DNA of 40,297 nucleotides, taken from the NCBI GenBank assembly GCA_000697335.1, contig JNEM01008732.1, positions 1 through 40,297 on the forward strand, written 5' to 3'. The stretch comes from Conidiobolus incongruus B7586 (taxonomy: Eukaryota). Below the pieces are notes generated by a model. That model made no database searches. It was given only the letters and a program-made list of their open reading frames with translations, and was not told where the DNA came from. This document shows positions 12,640 through 25,272 of the stretch, in pieces (position 1 is the stretch's first letter; the number at the start of each line of letters is the position of its first letter). Position numbers and translations under genes: made by a program.

Positions 12640-14378
12640 TTAACAAGTCATTCTCATTAATACTGCATCCAACTTTTGCAATAAGATATCTGCATGTTTT
12701 TTAGTAAAGATCAGAGCAGGTCTCAGACGAACTGAGCATTCACCACATCCAGCAATATTGATGCCACTATTTATCAATTTGTTTACAACTTTATCTCTCA
12801 TCCTCTGGTTAGGGAGGTCAAAAGCTAAAAATAAACCTTGACCTCTTGCATTCATTACGAATGGATAAGTCTTAGATATTACCTCCAATCCATTCAATAA
12901 ATGTTTTCCAGTTTCGCGTGCGTTAGTTAAAAGGTCCGATTTGTGGATTTCGTCAACAATTGCAATACTTTGGATTAAACGAACAGGATCGCCTAGCCAA
13001 GTATTAAAGTTTCTCCAACTTTGGGGAGGTCTCATTTCTAAATTATGGAAAAATCCAGCTGATTGAATTTTCTTTGAAAAGGTTACAAAATCAGGAGGTG
13101 ATGATAAGTTCCATGCTTCATGTGCCCACATCTGGCCAGTGGGACCCCCTCCAGTTTGAACCTCATCAACTATGAATGCAATATCATGGGCTTTAGTTAA
13201 TTCACGAAGTCCTTGGAAAAAGCTATGAGGAGCATAATTATCACCTCCTTCACTTTGAATGGGTTCGACGATAACTGCAGCAACTGGATATGGATAGGTT
13301 TTAATAATTTCAGCAGTTTCTTTCAAAGATTGCTGTACAGCAATTTCATTTTCTTTTTGATTCAAATGGAGTGGATATTTAACTTTAGGAAATGGTGCCT
13401 ATAATTAAATATTAATTAATGATAGTAAGTAATGCTAATTAATATAAAATTACTTGAGGCCAATTGAATGAGGGAATGTCAATCTTATGAAGATATTTAG
13501 TACGAGTAGTGGACAATGTACCAAGTGTACGACCATGGAATCCTTTCTTGAAACTAAGAACTGACAGATGTGGAGACCCAGGAGGTTGATTCTCCATACA
13601 TGATTCAATTTCCTCAGTAGTAAAATTAGAAGGATCAAATCTTCTCTTTTGTTTATATTTCATAAATGCAGCTTTGAAAGCTAGCTCATTGGCACTACTA
13701 CCACATAGAGCTAAAATACGCTTAGATTGTGAATATTTACATTAATTGAAATATTATTTACTTGGAAAGATTTGGTTTAATCCTTTAGGTGCTGTTTTAG
13801 TAAGAAATTCATTCAAGAGATTGCCCCATTCCTTGGGAGGATGAACGCCTAAACAAGATCTATTTGCCAAATAATCCTTAATTAATGGTTGATTCACTAA
13901 ATCGGTCATAGCAGGATGGTTATATCCCAATGGAATAGATGAGATCATACAGTAAGCATCTAATAACTTTAATGCTTAATGTTAGTCGACAATTCTGATA
14001 ATAATTAAATACAAAGACATATTATGTTAATGTCTTACCATATTCCCATCAACATCAGCCAAATAATTACCAGTTGATTTGTTTAAGTCTAATTTAATAT
14101 TTGATTAATATTATTATAGAATGATTATTATTATCATTGCTACCTGTAAAAAATGAAACAGCTCTGGGATCTTGATAGTTATCAAGCTCTTTTTTCATTT
14201 GTAAAGACTTGGGTCCAGGGATAGACGTGCTAACGATGGGTTCATTTGGTTCATAAAGTTGCAAGTGCTTCGAAACCGTTTGAAAACCTCTTAATTGATA
14301 TTTATTGATGTGATGAATATATTCACAAGATTTGTTAATTGCTAAATTTGGTTGCTTGATTAAACTTAATCTGACCAT
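12640..14378 (-). CDS. UGA1: 4-aminobutyrate aminotransferase (GABA transaminase), multi-exon, probable mitochondrial presequence
   Basis: Motifs SSIPLGYNHP, SFKKGFHGRTLGTLSTTR, IVEPIQSEGGD, IVDEVQTGGG, FSKK (PLP lysine), FNTWLGDP; basic N-terminal extension MVRLSLIKQ...LRGFQT. Confidence 0.93.
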
Positions 14379-15767
14379 AGTTCCTTTCAGATAGCTCTCA
14401 ATTATAATGTTCAGTAAATATCTTTGTATTCTTTGAAACGTGACTGATATTTTTATTGATTTGGTATTTTTTTAAATGGACAAGATCCTTTATATACCAA
14501 ATAAATTTCTAAAATTAGAATTAAAGAAAATTAACTGGATCAATGATATATAAAATGGAATTACTTTATCTATTATTTACAATCTTAAAGCATTTAAGTT
14601 CAATTGAATGGTGTAAATAACTTTATAAAGAAATATTATGATTGAATTATTTGTTGCAATGTTTGACTATATTGAAATAATTGTACTGTAATGGACATAT
14701 GGGTAATTTTGGAGGTTTAATTTGGGATTAGAATAATGATAAAACGTCATCAGAAAATGTATATGATCATATGAACAAATTATAAATCAAACCATTAATA
14801 TTTCTTTATTACAATCCATTTGAAAAATTAGATAATAAATCAGAATGTCACAGTTTTATTCAAAACAGATTAAATAAGGTAAATATAAATGTAAAACATA
14901 TTTCATATTGTTAAAATATCTGACACTTGTGAAATTTTCATGTATCAATCTAAATATTTGACGTTATTTCTGATTTTAAAAATATTTATAAATATAAGGA
15001 ATATTCTTAAATTTATCAAATAAATAGTATATTGGTATCAATTTATTAAAATTACAAAGATATCCATTCTTCCTAAAACATATTATTGGTCATGAAAATA
15101 AATTGATAAATATAAAGAGTTGATTTTATGTAAATATCATATTTGCATAGTTTGTGTTTATGTTTCCAGTATTTGTTACAATGCACTATATAATTTCCAT
15201 ATTATACATCAAAGCACAAAACCTTCAATTTAACTTACAATCATTAAATTTTTATATGAAAACCTAATTCGTGATCTTAGCTAATAAAATATTCAATGTA
15301 TCTTGGATTTCAAAATAATGTTTAATTCAAAATTGAGGGAAATGTTCTATTGTAAACTGTGTTGAAATAGAATAAATTTATATATTTTTATTCTACATAA
15401 CTTGAAAATATATCATAAGGATGTATTTAAGAATAGTTATAACCATTTTTATACCAATATCAAATATGGATGAAAATATATTAAGTATTCAGTTTTTTCA
15501 ATATTATTGATGTTCATATAACAAAAGAATTTGGATATTAATCATTATTCAATACCATTGGATTGGGAGTATTTTATGTATTGATTTTTGTAAATTAATT
15601 AACTAGTTCTTATTATATTATAACTTATTTGCAATTTTTTTACCAATACTCTATTCATTTTCAAAAAAGCCAAAATAATTCAGTTTTACACTAAAATTTT
15701 ACAAGATTAATAAAATCTATTTAAATCAGATGATATTTCACTATTAAAAATACTCTTTTTTATAAAT

Positions 15768-17057
15768 ATATTACTCTGTATTTTTAATAATAGGAATTTT
15801 TTGTGATTCAAAATAAATAAATAATTTAATATATAATATATAAAAATAAATATATAATATAGATTTAATAGTTTTTTTATTATTAATAACTTTTTGTTAT
15901 ACTTTTAACAAAGATTTAATACTTAAAAAATAATTCTTTTTATTAAAAACTAAAATTTGATGTTTTACAAACTAATTAAATTTTCTTATAGAAATTTTCT
16001 TTCTTGTAAACTAGTTTTTTAATTATCTAAAGTAATTATAATTATATAAGTTATAATCTAAAGAGTATACTAAATATAGTAGTTTTTTCTAATTATTTTT
16101 AATTAAAAAATTTTTTAAAGCTTTAAATTTATGTATTTTATAATTATCATGTAAAATAATAAGTTTTCTTAATTTATATTAAGAACACTAATTAAAAATA
16201 TTTTTATTTAAAAAAAATAATATAAAGTTTAATATTAATTAATTTTCTTTTAAAAACTAAATAAAAATAGTATATACTATTATAATTTATTATAATAATT
16301 AACATTTATTTATTAATAAAATATTTATTTAAAGGGATTTATAGAAAAAATTAATTTAACTTAATTTAACATTTTAATTTGTATTTTAATAAAAGATTAT
16401 ACATAGGGATTTAAGATTTATTAATTATAATTATTCTTTATAAAAACTTAAATTTTTAATAATATTTTAGTAAGTTTTATTTAATAATAATTACTTTAAT
16501 TTTTTTTAAACTTTATTTAAATTATAAGGTATTTATTTTATATTTTTATTTATTAATTTGAGTTTAAATTTTAATATATATAAAATACTTGTAAAACTAA
16601 TATTAAAGTACTTAGATAATTTTTTAACTAAAATAAAAAGGTGATTTTTAATATATTTTTTTACTTTATTAATAATTAAAAGAATAATAATTAAAGTTAG
16701 TTTTTTTAAATTTTAATTAGTTTTAAATAATTTCTTTTTTAATTTTAAAGTAATTTACCTAGTAATAAATTGTTAATTTAAATAATACTTTATTATTAAA
16801 AGTTGCTTATAAATTTTAAATAATTTTAAAGGATTTATAGTTAGGTTTTATTAATACTAAAATAAAAAACTTTTGATGATTACTATTTAGTTTAAATATA
16901 ATTAAATTAAAAAAAATATTATATATATATATATATATATATTAAAAATATATAATTTCCTATTAACTTTGTATATATTTATTTATTTCAAACTAATAAT
17001 ATGTTTGAAAAATCAAAAATTAAAAAATTTCCCATTACTTTAAATTTAAGGTAATAT
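15768..17057 (-). mobile_element. Full-length mariner (Tc1/mariner, DD34D) element, hypermutated C->T/G->A, dead
   Basis: Minus-strand translation ~16899-15860: FNNKVLFKLTIYY*VNYFK (HTH), K*IPYNL (=WIPHDL/WVPHEL motif, 16518-16538), RIIIINKS*IPMYN (=RIVTxDESWI), IILHDNYKIH, LLYLVYSLDYNLYNY (=LPHPxYSPDxxPxDY) and SIKSLLKV*QKVINN; exactly 34 codons between D2 (16146-16148) and D3 (16041-16043); imperfect 35-bp TIRs at 15768-15802 and 17023-17057 (26/35 identical); total length ~1290 bp. Confidence 0.92.
16920..16942. repeat. (TA)n microsatellite inside the mariner 5' non-coding region
   Basis: Perfect TA run. Confidence 0.9.
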
Positions 17058-18221
17058 TATAATAATGCTTAAGCATTTAAAATTTATATTGTTAATTAAT
17101 TTAAAAATCAAAGAAAATTATAATAAATTTACATTTTACATTTTGTATATTCAGATGTGAATTTATATTTGTTTGATTAATTTAATTATATTTGTTTTAA
17201 ATAGCTTGTTTATTATTATAATAATGAATTATTAAGCATATTTTCATATTTTTTATCTTAATAAATATATGAAAATTTTATTATTATATGGATTAGTTTA
17301 TATGAGTTTATTAATAAGTCAAATATTTAAAAAATGATTATTTTCAACTTAGTATTAATTGGAAATAGTTATATCAAGCTTATATTGAAATTGAGTATAT
17401 TATAACATGTGATATATATACTCTATCACCTCTCATTGATATAAATTAAAATAATTTTTTAAAGTATTATAACTTTAATAATAATAATAATAATAATAAT
17501 ATTTAATTCATTAAATTTATTGATTAAAACAAGGAAATCTTAGAAGTTTGTTGAGATAATTTGTTCGCTATCTAAATGACTTGAGTCAAATACAAGTCAG
17601 TAATATAATTTTGTAGACTTCACAATTTTTTCCAGCTGATCAAAAATTGACCGACACAAAAGACATTAAAACAATATCCGTATATTTATTTATATTTTTT
17701 GTAGTATTTTAAAGAATTTATTTTCTATAAAATCATTTCATTATCAGAAATCTAACATATTTAATGGGGCAAACTTCTCAGTGAATGAAAAAACATGTTT
17801 AAGATAATTTGGGTCACCATAAATGTGAAAAAGTGTGCAATTAAAATTATTCACACGTAGCAATTTTAATAAAACCAAATTATTTAAACTAACTTGGTAT
17901 AGCTTAAATTTTTTTATTAAAACATTGCATCATTCTTGCGCAATTTTTTTAAAGATTGATCCAAACTATCTTAAAAAAGGTATATACTGATAACAATTGT
18001 AATTAATAATCAAATATCCCATAATAGTAAAATTTAAAGATACCATGATAAATCTTTGTTACAGATTAGAATTCAAACGTCATTAATCAATGTATAATTA
18101 ATTATATTTAACTTATTTTCATATCACTAAAATATTATTTAAAATCGTTTAAAATTATTATCAATTAAACATTTAATCATTATTAAATATACCTTTTAGT
18201 TGTTTTTAATTTTAATTGAGT

Positions 18222-21200
18222 ATGACAGATAAAAATTTCCATTTAACAGACGAACAATATAAACAAATCGAAGAGAATAGAAAGAAAGCTTTAGAAAGGA
18301 AATATCAAACTCAATCAGGCTCTAATACTAAGGTTACGAGCCCTTTTTTCAGTGTCAATCAGTCCAATTCAAACAACAGTCCTTTAACAGCCGAACAATT
18401 GCAAATGATTGAAGAAAGGAGAAAACAGGCTTTAGAAAGACAGGCCAAGTCAAAGGGTTCAACTACAAAAACTTCCATTCAAAAGTCTATTTTGCACTAT
18501 TTTAAACCCCATGATACTCCTACTAAGTCCAACTCACCAGTATCCAATACTACACCTACAAAGCCCTCAGCCCAATCCAACTGTACGCAATCAAACCACA
18601 AAGTAGAACCTAGTTCTTCTATTACACCATCATCAAACTCACAATTCCAAAAACCCGCACTAGTCCACAATGAAGATACGGTATTTTAATCCATACCAAT
18701 TTGTAAAATATATATTTATACTAACAATGAAAATAGAAAATGGATGTCGATTTGGAAGATAATATTCCATTATCCACAACGAGTCGCAGAGCAAAAAGAA
18801 CAATTAATTACGATGGAAATGAAAGTGATTCTGATGATGGTATGCTATTAATCATCAACACACAAATAATTTTATGCTAACCCAATTTAATCAAGGTTCT
18901 AATCCACAATCTCTTAAAAAGAAATATAAAAATGATGATGAATTTCAAATTGATGAAGAGAGTAATATAGTGAGTATATAACTAATTACAATATTGCTAA
19001 CTATGCATTTAGCATTATCTTTCATGAATGAAATTGATTTCAATGATAACTTTTTGGAGGATGAAAAACCTAAATCTAAGCCTAAGTCTATGTCAACTCC
19101 TACTAAAACTTTTACCAGCAATTCTCAGTTTAGCGCTGGTTGGTTAGATGTAATATTTTATGAATTATCCTTATTTAGTAATGTGTTTACTTATTGGCTT
19201 CTTTAGAGTTTCAAATCTGCTGAAAAATCCAAATCTAACTCTGAACCAACAAAAGTCGTAGCTACTAATACTCAATCTAAGGTAATAAGATTAAATTCTT
19301 ATTAAAAATTGATCATTAAACATCAATTTTTTCAAAGATAAACTTTGGATTGTCAAGTAGCCAAAAAACTGGAAGTAATGAGAAAAATGAAGAACGCTAC
19401 CCATGGTTGGTTGATGTCAGAGATGCCAATGGCCGTCGTCCATCAGATCCTGAATACGATTCACGCACCCTTTTTATCCCAGATGCAGCCTACCGAAAGT
19501 TTACACCTTTCGAAAAGCAGTTTTGGGACATTAAAAAAGAAAATTACAATACTGTTATCTTCTTCAAAAAGGGAAAGTTTTATGAATTATACGAAAATGA
19601 CGCGGATATCGGTCATCAAAAATTCGATTTAAAGTTGACTGATCGTGTTAATATGAGAATGGTTGGAGTTCCAGAAACTTCACTTGATTTCTGGGCTTCT
19701 AAATTCATTGCCATTGGATATAAAGTTGGTAAGGTTGAACAAATGGAAACTGCTGTTGGTAAATCTATTAGGGAAAGGGATACAGCTTCGAAGGTACAGA
19801 ATTTATTACATTATCCTTCTATAATATTTAATGACTTGATTCTTGTATTTTTAGAAAAACAATGTCATTGAACGTAAATTGACTACCATTTTAAGTGCCA
19901 GTACCTTGGTTGATCTCGGATTATTGACCAGTGATATGGCTGTTTATTGTATGGCTATAAAGGTATAATTATGAAGTGATTTGTTTTCATAGAATTCTCA
20001 CTCAGAATGTTAGGAACAAATCAATCCCAATGGATCAGGTGGTAAATTTGGTATTGCTTTCGTTGATGCGGCAGCTGCAGAGTTCCATTTGGCTTCTTTG
20101 GGAGATGATGAGAATTTCACCAAATTTGAAACTTTAATTCTACAGGTTCAACCCACTGAAATTATTTATGCTAAAGTAATATCATCTTATTCATGTTAAT
20201 TTAATTCGTATTTAATCAATGTTCTGTTTAGGGATCTCTCAGTTTGAATACCTTAAGATGTTTAAGAAATAATTGTCCCAATTTAACCATGTAATATTAT
20301 ATTTTATTAAAAATTCAATTTTATATTAATCCTTGATTTAGGACACCTATTACTCCAAACAAAGAATTTTGGGATGCCAATAGAACCATTGAAGAATTTG
20401 AAAAAATGAATTATTTTGGAGATGATAGAGGTAATTCTTAGCATAATTAATTTAATTTTTATATTAACTTGAGTAATCAGACCAATGGCCCACTTCCTTC
20501 CTTGAATATATGAATGACGAATTGGTCATGTCAGCTTTGGGTGGTTTAACATGGCATTTAAGATATGTAAGTATTCTAATCATTCTTAAACTACAAATAT
20601 TCTCATATTTTTTTAGCTCAAACTTGATAAAGACCTATTATCCGTTAAAAATCTGAAAACATTTGATCCTGTAAAGAGCTTCGATACTCTGGTATTAGAT
20701 GGTCCTACTCTTAGTAATTTAGAAGTTTTAGCCAATAATATTGACGGAAGTAATGAGGGAACAGTCCATCAGCTGTTGAATCATTGTCTTAGTCCCTTTG
20801 GTATTATAAAATTTAATCATTCAATATTACCTATTTTTAACATACTATATATAGGTAAACGTAAATTTAGAAATTGGTTATGCCATCCGTTAAAAGATAT
20901 CGAGAAAATCAACGAAAGACTTGATGCTATTGAAGATATCGACAGATTGTACGAATTACAGAGTATTGGTACCAGACTTAGTAACTTCCCTGATTTGGAA
21001 CGTTTAATCACTAGAATCCACTCCAATTCCATTAAAGTCAAAGATTTCTTGAGTGTATTAAAGGGATTCGATGAAGCAATGGTAATCTATTTTATATTAG
21101 TTTAATTTCATTTTTCTTATCAAGTTTAGAAATTATTTGAAGAAATGAAATTACTTCAATCCCAATTCAAGTCCAAGTTGTTAATTCAGCTTTGTGAGAA

Positions 21201-23061
21201 TTTTCCTGATTTGGCTCAAAGATTGTATTATTTTGAACATGCATTTGATCACGATTTAGCTGCTAAAGAAGGTAAATATATATTACATTTTGTCATTCCA
21301 ATATCTAATTTTAATTACATAGGTGTAGTTATTCCTGCTCCTGGCTCGGATGAAGCATACGATCAAGCTCATCAAGCTGTTATTGATATTGAAAATGAAT
21401 TCGAACAATATCTATCTCAAATTAAATCTAAGTTGAAGTAAGTATATCAATCCAATCCTTTTACCTTACTAAACAATATTTTAGATGTCCTTCTATTGAA
21501 TATAAACATATCGGTAAAGATATTTATCAATTAGAAATACCTGCTTCAAAACAAGTTCCTAATGATTTTATTAAACATGGTCAAACTCAGGTAATTTTAA
21601 TAATTTTATTTATTAATAAATTTTTATATCGTATATTCCAATCAATAGAAAGTAAAGAGGTATTATACGCCTACTCTAGAAAACATGATCAAACGGTATA
21701 ACGAAGCAAAAGAGATTAAATCGAATGCAACAGCTACAGTATTAAATCGACTATGCCAAGCCTTTGATAGAGATTACCAGCAATGGTCCAAGATGGTCAG
21801 TTATTTGGCTACACTTGATTGTATCTTTTCATTGGCCAAGAGTAAATCTCTAATGGGAGGTAATTAATTTATCAATATTAAACATCAACTCATTAACTTT
21901 TTTATTAGAGCCTTGCGTTCGCCCTCAATTCTTCAATGAATCTAAGAGCTTTTTAGAAGTCAAAGATTTGAGACATCCTTGTGTCGTATCACAGTAATTA
22001 CCCCTATAGATTTCATTTATACTAGTGATTAATTTGGTTTTAGAGGAAAAGTGGACTACATTCCCAATGATACTTCTTTAGGAGGAAAGGAACCAGAAAT
22101 GATTTTGTTAACAGGTCCTAACATGGGTGGTAAATCCACCTTACTTCGTCAAGTAATTGTTATATTTTAAAAAATGAATATTATTTGTTAATCCCTATTA
22201 AATTAGACTTGTGTTGCTGTAATCATGGCACAATTAGGATGTTTCGTTCCTGCAAGTTCTTGTAAATTAACTATTTTTGATAGAATTTTCACAAGAATTG
22301 GTAATTTAAATATACTATTTATTCATATTATATTCAATTTACTCAACTCTTTTAGGTGCGAATGACAATATACTGGCTGGTCAATCTACTTTCATGGTAG
22401 AATTAAGTGAGACTGCTAAAATTTTAAAGGAAGCTACAAGTCGTTCTTTGGTGATTTTAGATGAATTGGGCAGAGGAACAAGTACTTTTGACGGGTAAGT
22501 TTATTTAGAGTTAATTCGACATATCTATATATAATTAATATTTATCCTGATAGATATGCAATCGCTTTTTCAGTACTTCACTATCTAACTACTCAAGTTC
22601 ATTGCTTGGGATTATTCTCTACTCATTACGGTATGTTAACAGAGGAAATGAAGGATCAACCCAACATTTCAATTAAACATATGAAATGCTTGGCTAATCC
22701 TAATCAAAGAGAAGTTACATTTTTATATAAATTAACACCAGGAGCTTGTCCTAAGGTATTATTAAAATTCGCTTTATATAATATAATATATTAATTATTA
22801 ATTTTAGAGTTATGGTATGAACGTTGCCAGTATGGCAGGAATACCCGAAAATGTAAATATATTTACGCTCTACATTTCTCAATAATACTAACATTCTATT
22901 ACATTCAGATTATTGTTAACGCGGAATTAGCAGCACAACAATTTGAAAAAGATCATCAAATTATAGTAGAAAATACCAATTTATCTGATGGTCAAAATGA
23001 GTATCAATTAAGTTTAATTGAAAAATCAAATTTTGCAAATTTAATGAGAAACTTATTATAA
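18222..23061 (+). CDS. MSH6: DNA mismatch repair protein MSH6, highly intron-rich
   Basis: PIP box [33 protein letters not shown] (Phe-X-Glu mismatch motif); Walker [49 protein letters not shown]; exons joined by many ~50-nt GT-AG introns; stop TAA 23059-23061. Confidence 0.95.
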
Positions 23062-23080
23062 TATATATATATATATATAT
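23061..23080. repeat. (AT)n microsatellite immediately after the MSH6 stop
   Basis: Perfect AT run. Confidence 0.9.
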
Positions 23081-23694
23081 TTATTAATAAATTCGCTTAG
23101 GAAATTAATCATTTTAAAAATATTATTTGAAGTTCATTTTTATATACTTTTATATTATACAACAATATAAAGTTATTTTTATTTGAGGCTTATTTATCTA
23201 AATGAATATTAATCAATCTATAAAAAATTCAATTGTTTATTATAGAATAATTTTTTATCACTTTAAAATGCTAGAGTATTAACAAATATTTTAATTAATA
23301 CTTTTTATATATTTAATTCATCATCAATTAATATAAAATTTAATATATTATTGTAGAATAATTAGAAATTTGAAATAATTAATTTATCTCTTTTAATTTG
23401 TTAAAAATATATTAAAAATTGCTTAGAAAAATAATTATTTCATTAATATTGGTATTGATATTTTTTTTTTCAGATTGAATAAATTGATAAAAATGAAATT
23501 TAAAATATAGTTTTTATTTAAAAATTAAAATATCTCAATTAAATAATTGAATCAAAACCCATAACTAAAAAATTGAGTTAACTTATTAGAAAAATCAGCA
23601 ATATAATAAAAAGTGGTCTCAATAATTTATTAATTATACTTCATTATTTAATCATTAATATTTTTTTACTCATTTCCAGTAAAAAATTATAGAT

Positions 23695-24213
23695 ATGATA
23701 GGTAAAGAAGAAGAAGAGAGAGAGCAATTTCAAGTTAGCTTAGTCAAAGTAACCAGTGAAAATATAATGAAGTTAAAGAGGTTAAACAGTTTATTATTTC
23801 CCGTAACATATGGTGAAAAGTTTTATAAAAGACTATTGAATTTGGAGAGTGAAGCTTATTTAGCTTATTTGGATGAAAAATGCATTGGAGCGATTTGTTT
23901 TCGAAAGGAAGTTATCCCTACAGACCTCGATATTAAAGAAGATGAGAGAAAATATCAACTATACATTATGACACTTGGGGTTTTGTCAGTGTATCGTCAG
24001 AGTGGTGTAGGCTCTGCGCTCTTGGACAAAGTGCTGGAGGTGGGGATGGAGGACCCTTCAGTGACGAGTGTAAATTTACACGTACAAGTGAATAACCAAG
24101 TAGCAATAGATTTTTATAAAAAATTCGGGTTTAAAATATCGCATATTTGTCATAATTATTACGTTAGATTGGATCCTGCTGATGCTTATGTATTATATAA
24201 AAAATTAAATTAG
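23695..24213 (+). CDS. NAA50: N-terminal acetyltransferase E subunit NAA50/Nat5/San (GNAT)
   Basis: LKRLNSLLFPVTYGEKFY, LYIMTLGVLSVYRQSGVGS, LHVQVNNQVAIDFYKKFGF, NYYVRLDPADAYVL. Confidence 0.9.
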   Translation: MIGKEEEEREQFQVSLVKVTSENIMKLKRLNSLLFPVTYGEKFYKRLLNLESEAYLAYLDEKCIGAICFRKEVIPTDLDIKEDERKYQLYIMTLGVLSVYRQSGVGSALLDKVLEVGMEDPSVTSVNLHVQVNNQVAIDFYKKFGFKISHICHNYYVRLDPADAYVLYKKLN

Positions 24214-24840
24214 TCTGCTTTTTTTTATTTTAAATTAGTAATATAATATTTATTACTCAATTTATTTGGAATGTATTTTCTTTATTAATCAACCTATTAA
24301 CATTAAAATTAATTTTGATAAATAATCAGTTTTTCTTAAAAATAAGCAAAAATATGTATTATTGGTACTGTTGGTACTATTTTGTATAAATATGTTTATC
24401 AGTTTTAATTATTAAATAATATAAAAATACCCACACCAACTAATAGCATTATATCATTAATGCCTATATAATTCGAAAAATATTTTTAATACTCAATTTA
24501 TGATAACCAAAAATTCGCTCTTATATTTTTAGGTCATTAAAATTATCAAGTATTCTCTTCAATACTATAACTGTTTATTTTTGAGTATGATAATTATCAT
24601 GTTTTCCATTTATTGCTACTTAAATACTGATCAAAATTTAAGATTTTCAGTGATTAATTTTAATGTGTTATGTTCCTAATATTTATACATATATCACCAA
24701 GTTTTAGAATATTCATACTTGTATTGAGCTATTCAAAATTTTATTATTTACAGGCATTTCCACTAATTGATATATAAACTGTAGCTTTGAGTATCCCTTT
24801 TTTGTTTATTTTAGGCTTGATAATAAAATTTTGAGCTTCA

Positions 24841-24866
24841 ATATATATATATATATATATATATAT
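24841..24866. repeat. (AT)n microsatellite
   Basis: Perfect AT run. Confidence 0.95.
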
Positions 24867-25272
24867 TAAATTTCAAATATTTTAATAATAAGAATACTTT
24901 GAATTAGAGTGATTGCACAATTAACATGCATATTTCAATCAAAAAATTCAGTTTGAAATTAATCAGAAAAATAAAAATATGAATTCAATGGTACTTTGAA
25001 ATAATTTATTATAAAATAAAACTTGTTAATAAAAGTTTATGTATTACGCTGTATCAATGCTTTTGCTTTTACAAAAGCATTTGTTTCTTTTCAATAATAT
25101 TGGTAAATAGTAAGCAAAATTAACCTAATCAGAATAAAAAGTATCAAAATTTTAATATCTTAAAATATTACATAGGGAATTTATAGTTCATATTAACTAC
25201 TATATCATAAATATTATGAACTTTAAGAAAAATCACTTATCATTTAATTTAATAATTAAATATTAAATCAAG

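Noticed and set aside
14800..15700. Possible decayed gene between UGA1 and the mariner
   Set aside because: Looks mildly coding-like, but I could not recover any motif or sustained frame.
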